In this document: positions 9,879 to 19,451 of the stretch, in pieces
How the letters are laid out: the number at the start of each line of letters is the position of its first letter
Position numbering within the stretch: the first letter of the stretch is position 1
Source: Verrucomicrobiota bacterium
GTDB lineage: Bacteria > Verrucomicrobiota > Verrucomicrobiia > Limisphaerales > CANJSG01
NCBI GenBank assembly: GCA_038209745.1
Contig: JBBQXJ010000032.1
Coordinates: 1-49,521, forward strand
DNA length: 49,521 nucleotides
Reading direction: 5' to 3'
Notes under the pieces: generated by a model
Database searches by the model: none
What the model was told of the DNA's origin: nothing
What the model saw: only the letters and a program-made list of their open reading frames with translations
Program-made: the position numbers and the translations under genes

Positions 9879-9906
9879 CAAAGCGCCGGAGCACCGGCGC
9901 AGTCCA
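9879..9906. repeat. REP-like palindrome
   Basis: CAAA-GCGCCGG-AGCA-CCGGCGC-AGTCCA perfect 7-bp stem in intergenic DNA. Confidence 0.55.
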
Positions 9907-10113
9907 GGACCCTCAGCCCGGGTCCGGACATGGCTGGAAGCCGAACGACGCGAGACCCGACTTCGTTGGTTTCCATTCCGACGGTTCGCTCACTTTTCTT
10001 GGGAGCAAGCCGATGGGACCGGAAAACCCGATGGAAATTCCGGCTTCATACACCGCTGGAAACCAAGCCGGGGTGATCGTGGTGCAGTGAAGTCCGATGG
10101 AAGATCGATCTGT

Positions 10114-11022
10114 TCAGTCGCCGAGGACTTCGACCACGGCCGAGGCCGGGAGGTGCGCCAGTCCTTCGGGGTGACGAAGGACGCGGAACAGGGCGTTTCG
10201 CGGTCGCCACACATGGTCGTGGGTCGCTCCCCAAAGTGCAGCGCCGGGCAGTCCGACGGCGGCGGCGAGGTGGGTGATGCCGGAGTCGTGGCCGATGAAG
10301 AAGCCGGCCTGCGACAGTGCTGCCGCGACTTCGACCAGGGGACGGTTCACCAGAACGGTTCGACGATCTTCCGGGATGATGGCGGCGATGGGTCCGAGAC
10401 GGGCGTGATCGGCCTCGCCTCCGATGACGAGGAAGTGGCCGTCGCGTCCGGCGACCAGTTTGGCCAGAAGTTCCTGCCAACGGGCGATGGGCCAATTTTT
10501 GGATTCGCTGCCGCTGCCCGGATGGATCGCGATGAGCCGGGAGTGTTTTTGATCGGACGCGCCGAGCGTCAGTTTCGGCTCCGGATCGGCGTCGAAGATG
10601 GCGAGGCGTTCGAGCGGTTTCAGCAATTGCTCGGTGACGTGGACCGCGGAGTTTTCGTCCGGGCGATGGATGGACTGGAGGAACTGGCCTTGGCAGCTCT
10701 TGCGGACGTTGGTCTGGAAGATTTCGTCCGGATCGAAAAGGTGGGAAACGATGATCGGAAAGCCCGCGAAGTAGTCCTGCCATTCGGGCTCCAGCACGCC
10801 GTTCCTGGCGAAGAAGCCCGCGAGACCGCGGGATTCGATCGGGCGCCAGCCATCGGCCAGTCCGGAGCGGAGAGCGAGATCCGCGACACGTTCGTAGGCG
10901 ACGATCTCGATGCGGGCGGCGGGGAACTGTTGCCGCAGGGCGGCGAGGACGGGAAGCGTGACGATGAAGTCGCCGATGGCTCCGCCGCGGATGACGAGGA
11001 TCTGGGCGGAGGGCGGGCTCAC
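10114..11022 (-). CDS. Glycosyltransferase family 9 (LPS heptosyltransferase-like)
   Basis: ILVIRGGAIGD, IAIHPGSG..KNWP, FIGHDSGITHLAAAVG. Confidence 0.92.
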   Translation of the reverse strand: MSPPSAQILVIRGGAIGDFIVTLPVLAALRQQFPAARIEIVAYERVADLALRSGLADGWRPIESRGLAGFFARNGVLEPEWQDYFAGFPIIVSHLFDPDEIFQTNVRKSCQGQFLQSIHRPDENSAVHVTEQLLKPLERLAIFDADPEPKLTLGASDQKHSRLIAIHPGSGSESKNWPIARWQELLAKLVAGRDGHFLVIGGEADHARLGPIAAIIPEDRRTVLVNRPLVEVAAALSQAGFFIGHDSGITHLAAAVGLPGAALWGATHDHVWRPRNALFRVLRHPEGLAHLPASAVVEVLGD

Positions 11023-11029
11023 GGCCGGG

Positions 11030-11593
11030 TCATTTCATCTGCCGGAAGACGGTGAGTCCCAGCACGAGGATGAACGCGCCGACGCCGGCGGTCAGTCCGC
11101 TGATCGTCTTCAGGCGACCGTTGCTGGCGGTGGCCCAGTTGAACCAGTCGCGCAGGCGCCACGGCGAGATGGTCAGCCACATGCCGACGGCCACGAAGAA
11201 GTAGGCCAGGCATTGGTTGACCTCGACCAGAGGGGACTCTCCGAGATGCGGCCGGCCGGCATCCACCATGAGCTTGGCGACGAGCAGCATCAGCACGGCG
11301 AGCCCGCGCACGGCGATGAAGTCCTGGAGGAAGAGGCAGACGCCCACGCCCAAGGCCACGAGGATCATCATCAGGTAGGGCTTCATGGGCTCGAAGTCGG
11401 CGATGGACTCGACCTTGAGATTGTAGACGAACCAGACCGTCGCGAGGACGATCAGCACGCAGCCGAGGCCGACGGAGCGGGGGAAGCCCTTGATCGGGCC
11501 GGACAGGCCGGTCGGTTTGACGAAGGTGGCTGCGGCCGGGAGCAGGATGATCAGGCCGAGAAGGATCGAGACGAGTGAGAGTGGGAGTTCCAT
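11030..11593 (-). CDS. Hypothetical integral membrane protein
   Basis: Start MELPLSLV; about 6 TM segments; co-oriented between miaB and GT9. Confidence 0.75.
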   Translation of the reverse strand: MELPLSLVSILLGLIILLPAAATFVKPTGLSGPIKGFPRSVGLGCVLIVLATVWFVYNLKVESIADFEPMKPYLMMILVALGVGVCLFLQDFIAVRGLAVLMLLVAKLMVDAGRPHLGESPLVEVNQCLAYFFVAVGMWLTISPWRLRDWFNWATASNGRLKTISGLTAGVGAFILVLGLTVFRQMK

Positions 11594-11607
11594 GCGGTTG
11601 CGCGCGG

Positions 11608-12966
11608 CTAGTCCAAGTGAATGACGGGGTCGCCGTAAAGGGTGAAAGAGGCGCCGGCGCGGACGATGTTCAGCCGCATGACCTGGGCGCGATGGCGGGC
11701 GTCGCCGTCGAAGAGGACGATTTTGCCGCAACGGGTGCGGCCCATCATGCGGGCTTCGTTCTTCTTGCTGGGACCTTCCACCAGCACTTCGACCTGTTGG
11801 CCGACGAAACGTTCATACCGCTGGGCGCCGATCTCGTTGATGCGGTTCAGCAGGCGCAAGTGCCGGGCTTCGATCACTTCCTCCGGGACCTGATCGGGCA
11901 TGTCGGCGGCGGGGGTGTCCTTGCGCCGGGAGTATTTGAAGACGTAGGCGTTGTCGAACCGGGCTTCGTCCGCCAGCGACATCGTCTGCTCGAATTCGTC
12001 GTCCGTCTCGCCGGGGAAACCGACGATGATGTCGGTGGTGATGCCGATGTCGGGCCGGACGGCGCGGAGCTTCTGCAGAATCCCAAGAAAGCGCTCCCGG
12101 GTGTAGCCGCGGTGCATGGCTTTGAGCAGACGGTCGCTGCCGCTCTGCACGGGGATGTGCGCGCTCTCCACCAGTTTGGGCAGTCGACCGTAGGCTTCCA
12201 CCAGATCATCGCCGTAGCCCTTGGGATGGGGCGAGGTGAAGCGGATGCGGTCCAGCCCGTCGATCTCGTGGACGGCGTCGAGCAACTGCACGAAACCGCT
12301 GCGGCCGTCGACCATCGGGTAGTCGCGTTTGCCGAAGCTGGTGACGATCTGGCCGAGCAGCGTGATCTCCTTCACGCCGCGCGCCACGAGCCCGCGGCAT
12401 TCGGCCACGATGTCGGGAATGGTGCGGCTGCGCTCCGCGCCCCGGGTGGCGGGGACGATGCAGAAGGTGCAGTGCTGGTTGCAGCCCTGCATGATGCTGA
12501 CGAAGGCGGTCACGGTGCCCTTGCCGGCGGAACCATCCAGCAGGTGTTCCTTGATCGTGCCTTGGCTGCCGGCTTCGGCCTCGGTGTCCACGATCTTGTT
12601 CCGGCGTCCGGAGAGAAGGTCGTCGAGGTAGTCGGCGGCGCGGTGGAATTTCTGGGTGCCCAGCACGAGATCGACGTCGGGCAGGCGATCGATGAGGCCC
12701 TGGCCGCGGCTCTGGGCCATGCAGCCCATGAAACCGAGGATCTGATCCGGCCGGTTCTTCCGGCTGGATCCCGCCAGGTTCTCCATCTTGGCGATGGCCT
12801 TCTGTTCGGCGAAATCGCGCACGGAACAGGTGTTCAGCAGGACGACGTCGGCCGAATCGGCGGACGGCGCGAGGGAATAGCCCTTGGCGACGAGCTGGGC
12901 GGCGACGGCTTCGCTGTCGCGCTCGTTCATCTGGCAACCGTAGGTCTTGATGAAAACACTGGGCAT
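11608..12966 (-). CDS. miaB: tRNA-i6A37 methylthiotransferase MiaB
   Basis: TYGCQMNERDS, LNTCSVR, radical SAM CNQHCTFC, RIRFTSPHP, TDIIVGFPGET, C-terminal TRAM domain. Confidence 0.95.
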   Translation of the reverse strand: MPSVFIKTYGCQMNERDSEAVAAQLVAKGYSLAPSADSADVVLLNTCSVRDFAEQKAIAKMENLAGSSRKNRPDQILGFMGCMAQSRGQGLIDRLPDVDLVLGTQKFHRAADYLDDLLSGRRNKIVDTEAEAGSQGTIKEHLLDGSAGKGTVTAFVSIMQGCNQHCTFCIVPATRGAERSRTIPDIVAECRGLVARGVKEITLLGQIVTSFGKRDYPMVDGRSGFVQLLDAVHEIDGLDRIRFTSPHPKGYGDDLVEAYGRLPKLVESAHIPVQSGSDRLLKAMHRGYTRERFLGILQKLRAVRPDIGITTDIIVGFPGETDDEFEQTMSLADEARFDNAYVFKYSRRKDTPAADMPDQVPEEVIEARHLRLLNRINEIGAQRYERFVGQQVEVLVEGPSKKNEARMMGRTRCGKIVLFDGDARHRAQVMRLNIVRAGASFTLYGDPVIHLD

Positions 12967-13407
12967 GGTTTCCGAACAGGAGCGCGGAAACTAGGGCACC
13001 GGCGGCGGGATGGAAAGGGAGGTTTTTGGAGGCTAAAGCCCGTCGCGAACCGACTGGAATCAGAACTGCCCTTGGACGACGGACCGGACGGATTCGACGA
13101 CGAGGACATGAACCCGTATCGCCCCGGGATCTGACTCGTCGAACAAGATCCAGTCTCCCTTGTAGACGGCGGATGAAAAGCGAGGCGGGGGGCGTTCGAA
13201 AACAAGAGGCGACGTCATGGCGGAGATCAACAAGACGGGAAAGGGGGCCGAGCGGGATTTCTTGGGGCTCCAAGGAAAGCAACAGTCGTCCATGGGGTCG
13301 TTTTCGGGAGGAAAACAAGCAACGGAAAGCGAGGGGAAGGGACTCTCTGCGTTTGGACCTTTGAATCCCCTTGCTCTTTGTCCGGCCCGCCGCGATTTAA
13401 GGGAGCG

Positions 13408-14427
13408 ATGACACGTCCCCAGCGCATCTCCTACGGATTCATGGCCGTGATGCTCCTTTTTGTCGGATGGCTGCACATGGCGACGCTGTTGCTGACGACC
13501 ATGTTCGGCTATCTGGCCCTGCGGACCTTTGCCAGCCGGAGCAACAAGATCGTCGCTGTGACCCTGTTCTCCGTCTTGATCATCGGGGTTTCGTTCGGGG
13601 CTCTCTATTTCGGCAAGCGATCCTATGTCGCCTTCCCCCAATTGGCCGATGTGACGATTCCCAAGATCAACGAACTGCTCTCCACGGCGGAGATCGAGCT
13701 GCCGTTCAAGGGCTACGAAGGCCTGATGGAATTCCTCAAGGGCAAGGCGCAGCTGCAGTTCCGCAACATCCAGCAGTTCCTGAGCACGGTGATCTTCCAG
13801 TTGGTGTACCTCATCATCGGCGCCGTGGTGGCGGTGAGCCTGTTTTTCAACTCCAAGCTCGATCTCCACGCCGATCCCAGCGTCAAGGTGGACAGCCTCT
13901 ATGCGCTCTCGGCCACGGAGATCATGCATCGGTTCGCCATGTTCTACGCCAGTTTCCGCGTCGTGATGGGTGCGCAGATCTTGATCGCGTTGATCAACAG
14001 CGTGGCCACGGGAATCTTCCTTTTCGTTGCCGGCTTTCCCCATGCGGCCGTGCTGACGATGTTCACCTTCCTCTGTGGCCTGCTGCCGATCGTGGGCAAT
14101 CTGATCAGCAACGTGGTCATCACCTGCGTGGGTCTGATCATCTCGCCGAACATGGCGCTGCTCGCCCTCGGCTACCTGGTGGTGATCCACAAGTCCGAGT
14201 ATTTCCTGAACTCGCAGATCATCGGCAGCCGGATCAAGAACCCCATGTGGCTGACATTGATCGGCCTGCTCATCGGCGAGCGCCTGATGGGCATCTCCGG
14301 CATGATCCTCGCGCCCGTCGTGCTGCACTACATCAAGGTGGAGGCGTCGAAGGCCAAGGCGGAGGCGGCGGTCTTCGGAGACCCCGAGATTCCCCAGCCG
14401 GACGAGGCCGAAGAGGAACCCTCCTGA
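13408..14427 (+). CDS. AI-2E family transporter
   Basis: Multi-TM; FLCGLLPIVG, EYFLN..IIG, GISGMILAP pattern. Confidence 0.85.
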   Translation: MTRPQRISYGFMAVMLLFVGWLHMATLLLTTMFGYLALRTFASRSNKIVAVTLFSVLIIGVSFGALYFGKRSYVAFPQLADVTIPKINELLSTAEIELPFKGYEGLMEFLKGKAQLQFRNIQQFLSTVIFQLVYLIIGAVVAVSLFFNSKLDLHADPSVKVDSLYALSATEIMHRFAMFYASFRVVMGAQILIALINSVATGIFLFVAGFPHAAVLTMFTFLCGLLPIVGNLISNVVITCVGLIISPNMALLALGYLVVIHKSEYFLNSQIIGSRIKNPMWLTLIGLLIGERLMGISGMILAPVVLHYIKVEASKAKAEAAVFGDPEIPQPDEAEEEPS

Positions 14428-14537
14428 CCTGGCACAGCGCGCTCGTCCGTTGACCCGGACCGGGATCGTCGCCTATAAGCCCGGGGAATTTCCGAGGACA
14501 AACACAACGGCGGGCAACCGTCCACACACAGGAATCT

Positions 14538-15701
14538 ATGAGCAGAAAAATCCGATACGGCATGGTTGGCGGCGGTCGCGGCGCGTTCATCGGCGCGATC
14601 CATCGCATTGCGGCGAACATCGACGGCCAGATCGAACTCGTCGCCGGCGCGTTCTCCTCCGACGCCGAGAAGTCCAGGGCTTCCGGGGCCGACCTCTTCC
14701 TCGCACCCGAACGCTCCTACGCGAGCTACGGGGAGATGTTCGCCCTGGAAGCCGCCCGACCGGTCGGCGACCGCATCGACTTCGTCTCCATCGTCACGCC
14801 GAACCACGTCCACTTCCCCGCCGCCAAAGGCGCGCTCGAAGCCGGCTTCCACGTCCTGAGCGACAAGCCCGCCACGTTCGATCTCGCCGAGGCGAAGGAG
14901 TTGGCCGCCATCGTCAAGCAGACCGGGCGGCTCTACGGCCTGACCCACAACTACACCGGCTATCCGCTGGTCAAGGAAGCCCGCCACCTCGTCCACAGCG
15001 GCAAGCTCGGCAAGATCCGCAAGGTCGTCGTCGAATATCCGCAGGGCTGGCTGGCCACCCGCATCGAGGCTTCCGGCCAGAAGCAGGCCGCATGGCGCAC
15101 CGACCCGAAACGTTCCGGTGCGGCCGGCTGCATCGGCGACATCGGCACCCACGCCGAGAACCTCGCCGAATACATCACCGGCCTGAAGATCAGCGAACTC
15201 GCCGCCGACATCACCGCCTTCGTGAAGGGCCGCAAGCTCGACGACGACGGCAACGTCCTCCTCCGTTTTAAAGGCGGCGCCAAGGGCATCCTCCACGCCT
15301 CGCAGATCAGCGTGGGCGAGGAGAACTGCCTGAACATCCGCGTCTATGGCGAGATCGGCGGCCTCGAGTGGCACCAGAAAGAGCCGAACACCCTGCTCGT
15401 GAAGTGGGCCGACAAGCCGATGGAAGTCTACCGCACGGCCAACGGCTATCTTTGCGCCGCCGCCAAGGCCGCCGGCCGCACCCCGCCGTCCCATCCCGAG
15501 GGCTACCTCGAAGCCTTCGCGAACATCTACAAGAACTTCGCCACGGCCATCCGCGCGTTCGATTCCGGAAAGAAGCTGAAGAAGGACGACCTCGCGAACG
15601 ACTATCCCAAGATCGAGGACGGCATCCGCGGCATGGCCTTCATCGAGGCCGTGGTGAAGTCCTCCAAGGCGAACGCCGCCTGGACGAAGCTGGATGTCTG
15701 A
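14538..15701 (+). CDS. Gfo/Idh/MocA family oxidoreductase
   Basis: GMVGGGRGAFIG, VTPNHVH, SDKP, GCIGDIGTHA. Confidence 0.92.
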   Translation: MSRKIRYGMVGGGRGAFIGAIHRIAANIDGQIELVAGAFSSDAEKSRASGADLFLAPERSYASYGEMFALEAARPVGDRIDFVSIVTPNHVHFPAAKGALEAGFHVLSDKPATFDLAEAKELAAIVKQTGRLYGLTHNYTGYPLVKEARHLVHSGKLGKIRKVVVEYPQGWLATRIEASGQKQAAWRTDPKRSGAAGCIGDIGTHAENLAEYITGLKISELAADITAFVKGRKLDDDGNVLLRFKGGAKGILHASQISVGEENCLNIRVYGEIGGLEWHQKEPNTLLVKWADKPMEVYRTANGYLCAAAKAAGRTPPSHPEGYLEAFANIYKNFATAIRAFDSGKKLKKDDLANDYPKIEDGIRGMAFIEAVVKSSKANAAWTKLDV

Positions 15702-15727
15702 GCCACGGGCTTTTGATCTGGGACATG

Positions 15728-15756
15728 AAGGGCGCGGATTTATCCGCGCCCTTTTT
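15728..15756 (+). terminator. Intrinsic terminator between convergent genes
   Basis: AAGGGCGCGGA-TTTA-TCCGCGCCCTT followed by TTT. Confidence 0.85.
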
Positions 15757-15789
15757 CGTGTTCGTCGCCTCCGATGGATGCGGGTCCGC

Positions 15790-17943
15790 CTACTTCACGC
15801 GGTTGATCGTGTTATAGATCTCCTGACGGAGCGCGGTGCCGTCGGCGGTTTCGAGGGCGTATTTGATCCGCATCTGCATCACGGGCTGGAGCGGGGCCGT
15901 TTCGAGGAAGACCGTCTTGCCGTCGGGAGAGAGCTTGGCGGACTTCACTTCGACGGGGTCTTCGCCCTTCTTGTCCGGATCGGCGACGGACCATGAATCC
16001 GAACCGTAGGTGGAGGTCCAACGGTAGTTCCACTGGGCGAGGCCGTAGTTCCCGGGGTCGTTGGCGCTGGTGGGATCCAGGGGGGAGCCGAAGGTGAGAC
16101 GGATGCCGTTGGGCTCGACGTGCAGGGCCACGGGCTGCTGCAACGGCTTGCCGGTGTAGCGCACGCGTTGGAGCGCGCCATCCTGGACGGCGACGGTTTG
16201 CCAACCTTTCAATCCCGCGACGTAGAGCTGGCCGTCGCGGGGATTGAACCGCCCGCGCATGATGCCCGAATCGAACTTCAACGGGAACTGCCAGACGCCG
16301 CCCTGCTTCTGCCCGGCGACATCCTCGAACATCACCTCGAAGAGCGTGCATTTGCCGTAGGAGGTGTGGAGAAGCGAGCCGCGCGGCAGACCCCAACGAT
16401 CGCTGGTCACCCAGATCTGGCCGCCGCTGGAGTTGTCGGCGTTCATCGGAATCCAGCACAGCGGCGGGTCGAAGGAAGTCATCGGGTTCTCGTCCAGATG
16501 CGATTTGAACCGGGGTTGGCGCGGATCGCCGCCATAGCCGTAGAAGCCTCCCTTTTTGAGCCAGCTGATCTTGCTGGCGGGTGTCCAGTGTCCCTGGTTG
16601 TCGGAGCAGGTGATCTCGTTGTTCGGGCCGACGCTCATTCCGTTCGGGGCGCGGAAACCGGTGGCGAATTCTTCCAGCTTGGACCCGTCGGCCGAGAGCT
16701 TCATCACGCTGCCGTGTTTGGGCCGATAGGGGTCGACCATGTTGCCGTCGGCCGCGAAGTAGAAGTTGCCGGCGGTGTCGGTCTGGAGATCGAAAACGAA
16801 GGCGTGGTAGGTCGGATAGACGTCGAGGTCGCTATTGAACGACTCGTAGAAGTCCGCCTCGCCATCGGCGTTCAGATCATGGAGGCGCGTGACGCGATCG
16901 CGCCCCAGCACGTAGATCGTGCCGTGGAGGATCCGCAGTCCCAGCGGCTCGTAGAGTCCGGTGGCGAAGCGTTTCCAGGTGAGCGTCCCGAGCGGACCGT
17001 CGATTCCGGAAACGATCCAGACGTCGCCGCTCAGGGTGGAAACGGCGCAGCGTCCGTCCTCGAAGAAGTCCATCGCCGAGATCCGCATCCAGGAATGCCA
17101 GGGATTGGTTTCCGGAAGGGTCAGGGTGTCGACGGCGTAGGCGCCGGGCTCGTTTCCAAGCCGGCCTTTCGTCACCACCGGCGTGGTCCAATTCAATGCT
17201 CCGCCGTGGGTCAGCGGTTCAGGATCAATGGCCGGAGCGAGGGAAAGATCACCGCCGCCAAGTCCGAGCTTCAGCAGGCAGGGCGCATCGAGTCTGGGCA
17301 GCGTCAACAAGGTCCGTTGGCCGACGGTTTCGAGTGCGGCGTGGCCCGAGGGGTCCAGAAGGGTCACCGGGCAGTTCTCGGCGACGAGGATCTGGACTGG
17401 TCGTGAGGATTTGCCGACCCAAAGCGTGCGGGTGAACGCGGTGACGCCTTTTGCGGTTTCCACCCCGGGCAGGTCCAGGATTTCGGTTCCGTCCATGGCA
17501 TACGACAAGACCACTTGCTCGCCGTGGACGTAGTATCCCTTGAACTTGCCATTGGCCGGACGGCGAGACTCTGGAGGCAAGGCGAACGACTTGTGGCCGA
17601 TGGGGAACACCGGACTGCTGCCCTGGGCGGTGCCGTTCATCGAACTCTTCCCGATGTCGATGAAGCCGCCGGTCCAGCCGGCGGCGTAGGCAAGTGCATC
17701 GGAGTCGAAGCAGACTCCGGCGTCGCGGCCCAGACGGATGCTGAGCGCCTTGAGCACGAGTTGCTTGTCGGGACCGCTGAGCGGCGCATTGGCGGGGCCG
17801 TTGTGGAAGATGAACGCGACGGCCGGTCCCAGATCCATGGGGACCCGCCCCGGAGGTTTCGGCTTCGGGTCGGCGGCGGACAGGATGCCCGTGGCCAACA
17901 GGGCGAGGCCACCTGCGACGGAGAGGAGCGAAGACATTCTCAT
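15790..17943 (-). CDS. Secreted DUF6797-type / PVC membrane-bound dehydrogenase-like beta-propeller protein
   Basis: Signal peptide; FKGYYVHG.QVVLSY, WKRFATGLYEPLGL, ATGFRAPNG, DNQGHWTP, RGRFNPRDGQLYV. Confidence 0.75.
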   Translation of the reverse strand: MRMSSLLSVAGGLALLATGILSAADPKPKPPGRVPMDLGPAVAFIFHNGPANAPLSGPDKQLVLKALSIRLGRDAGVCFDSDALAYAAGWTGGFIDIGKSSMNGTAQGSSPVFPIGHKSFALPPESRRPANGKFKGYYVHGEQVVLSYAMDGTEILDLPGVETAKGVTAFTRTLWVGKSSRPVQILVAENCPVTLLDPSGHAALETVGQRTLLTLPRLDAPCLLKLGLGGGDLSLAPAIDPEPLTHGGALNWTTPVVTKGRLGNEPGAYAVDTLTLPETNPWHSWMRISAMDFFEDGRCAVSTLSGDVWIVSGIDGPLGTLTWKRFATGLYEPLGLRILHGTIYVLGRDRVTRLHDLNADGEADFYESFNSDLDVYPTYHAFVFDLQTDTAGNFYFAADGNMVDPYRPKHGSVMKLSADGSKLEEFATGFRAPNGMSVGPNNEITCSDNQGHWTPASKISWLKKGGFYGYGGDPRQPRFKSHLDENPMTSFDPPLCWIPMNADNSSGGQIWVTSDRWGLPRGSLLHTSYGKCTLFEVMFEDVAGQKQGGVWQFPLKFDSGIMRGRFNPRDGQLYVAGLKGWQTVAVQDGALQRVRYTGKPLQQPVALHVEPNGIRLTFGSPLDPTSANDPGNYGLAQWNYRWTSTYGSDSWSVADPDKKGEDPVEVKSAKLSPDGKTVFLETAPLQPVMQMRIKYALETADGTALRQEIYNTINRVK

Positions 17944-18121
17944 GGCTGGAGCGCCGATCATGATTGCGACGCCGCTCGCGCCAAGGAAGAACCGTGCTTG
18001 ATCCGCCGGCGAGCGCCGCAATGCCCTCCCGCTGTCATTTCTTTTGGGGCAGCAGGGCAAGGCGGGACTGTTTCCGCGATGGACCAAAGGCCCGGAATGC
18101 GCTCTAGTGGGTGGTGATCCC

Positions 18122-18697
18122 ATGAACCTGCCTCCCATCATCCTCGCGTCCGCCTCCCCCCGGCGGGCCGAGTTGCTCCGGGAACTGGAGCTCGACTTCC
18201 AGATTGTCCCCAGCGACGCCGAAGAGGTCCACAACGAGGCACTCACCGCCACCGAGGTCGCCGAGATCAACTCCTACCGCAAGGCCCGCACCGTGGCCAA
18301 ACACGCGCCGGATTCGCTCGTCATCGGCATGGACACCCTGGTGGCGCTGGGCACCCGTCTCTTCAGCAAGCCGGCGTCGATGGAGGACGCCGAGCGAATG
18401 CTGGGCGAGCTCCAGGGACAAACCCACCACGTCGTGACCGGCGTGTGCCTGCTCCATCTCCGGCGGCACCGGCAACGGATATTCGCCGACCGCACCGAAG
18501 TCACCTTCCGTAGCCTTAATCCGGCGCAGATCCGCCGCTATCTGGAGAAGATCCGGCCACTGGACAAGGCCGGCGGCTACGCCATCCAGGACCACGGGGA
18601 GCTGGTCGTGGAAAGCATCGATGGCTCGTTCAGCAACGTGGTGGGACTGCCGTTGGAGCGGTTGCGGCAGGAACTGGAGCGGTTTGCGACGGGCTGA
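18122..18697 (+). CDS. maf: Maf family nucleoside triphosphate pyrophosphatase
   Basis: IILASASPRRAELL, DTLV, DKAGGYAIQ, GSFSNVVGLP. Confidence 0.95.
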   Translation: MNLPPIILASASPRRAELLRELELDFQIVPSDAEEVHNEALTATEVAEINSYRKARTVAKHAPDSLVIGMDTLVALGTRLFSKPASMEDAERMLGELQGQTHHVVTGVCLLHLRRHRQRIFADRTEVTFRSLNPAQIRRYLEKIRPLDKAGGYAIQDHGELVVESIDGSFSNVVGLPLERLRQELERFATG

Positions 18698-18720
18698 ACC
18701 GAGGGCGGATCACGGCCACG

Positions 18721-18751
18721 AAAAAAACCGCCCTGCTGCCGGGCGGGTCTT
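18721..18751 (-). terminator. Intrinsic terminator downstream of the small basic protein gene
   Basis: Minus strand CCGCCC-GGCAGCA-GGGCGG-TTTTTTT. Confidence 0.75.
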
Positions 18752-18769
18752 GGCGAATGTCGGGCGCGG

Positions 18770-18877
18770 TTACTTGCCCTTCTTGGCGGTGGCAACCTTC
18801 GCCTTCGTGAGTATCTTCTTGCGCTTCAGGTAGGCGTCGCGGCGGCTGCGTTTCTGGACTTTGTTCGATTGCTTCAT
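18770..18877 (-). CDS. Small lysine/arginine-rich protein (35 aa)
   Basis: MKQSNKVQKRSRRDAYLKRKKILTKAKVATAKKGK*; strongly host-like codons (AAG, CGC, GCC); own terminator. Confidence 0.7.
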   Translation of the reverse strand: MKQSNKVQKRSRRDAYLKRKKILTKAKVATAKKGK

Positions 18878-18923
18878 AGTTGTCTCTTTACAACGCGCGG
18901 AGGCTTCGTTGTGGTTCGGCAAT

Positions 18924-19451
18924 ATGATGAAGCGGATTTGGCGGTTCAATCTCCATTTTGTCGTCCTGGCGTTGGCGTTGGCGACTGCCTGCTCCAGTCC
19001 GGACGAACGCGCACGCAAAAAGCAGATCGCCAGCCTGCGAATCCACGTCGAGGGTCGGCGCAATATCATGGAGGCGGGACCCAAGGCGGTTTTCCGATCG
19101 GGGGAGCCGATCAACATCAACCAGAACGTCGTGGTCACCGACGGCAGCCTCGTCTCCGCCGAACTCGTGGACAACCCCGGCGGCTTCGCGATGAGGCTGA
19201 GCTTCGACCGTCATGGCCAACTCGCGCTCGAGACCGCCTCCATCGACAGTCGCGGGAAGCGACTCGCCATTTTTGTGGCCTGGACCTCGGGCCAAAAGGG
19301 GATCGCCGGTGAATCCCGCTGGCTGGCGGCGCCCATGATCTTCCAGAGAAACCCGTCGGGGGTCCTCGTCTTCACGCCCGATGTGTCGCGCGAAGAGGCC
19401 GAGTTGATCGTCCGCGGGTTGAACAACGCGGTGAAAAGGAACAAGGAATGA
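18924..19451 (+). CDS. Lipoprotein with SecDF P1-head-like domain
   Basis: Lipobox LATAC; L.FD..G...LE..S....GKRLAI...WLAAP.I pattern. Confidence 0.6.
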   Translation: MMKRIWRFNLHFVVLALALATACSSPDERARKKQIASLRIHVEGRRNIMEAGPKAVFRSGEPININQNVVVTDGSLVSAELVDNPGGFAMRLSFDRHGQLALETASIDSRGKRLAIFVAWTSGQKGIAGESRWLAAPMIFQRNPSGVLVFTPDVSREEAELIVRGLNNAVKRNKE

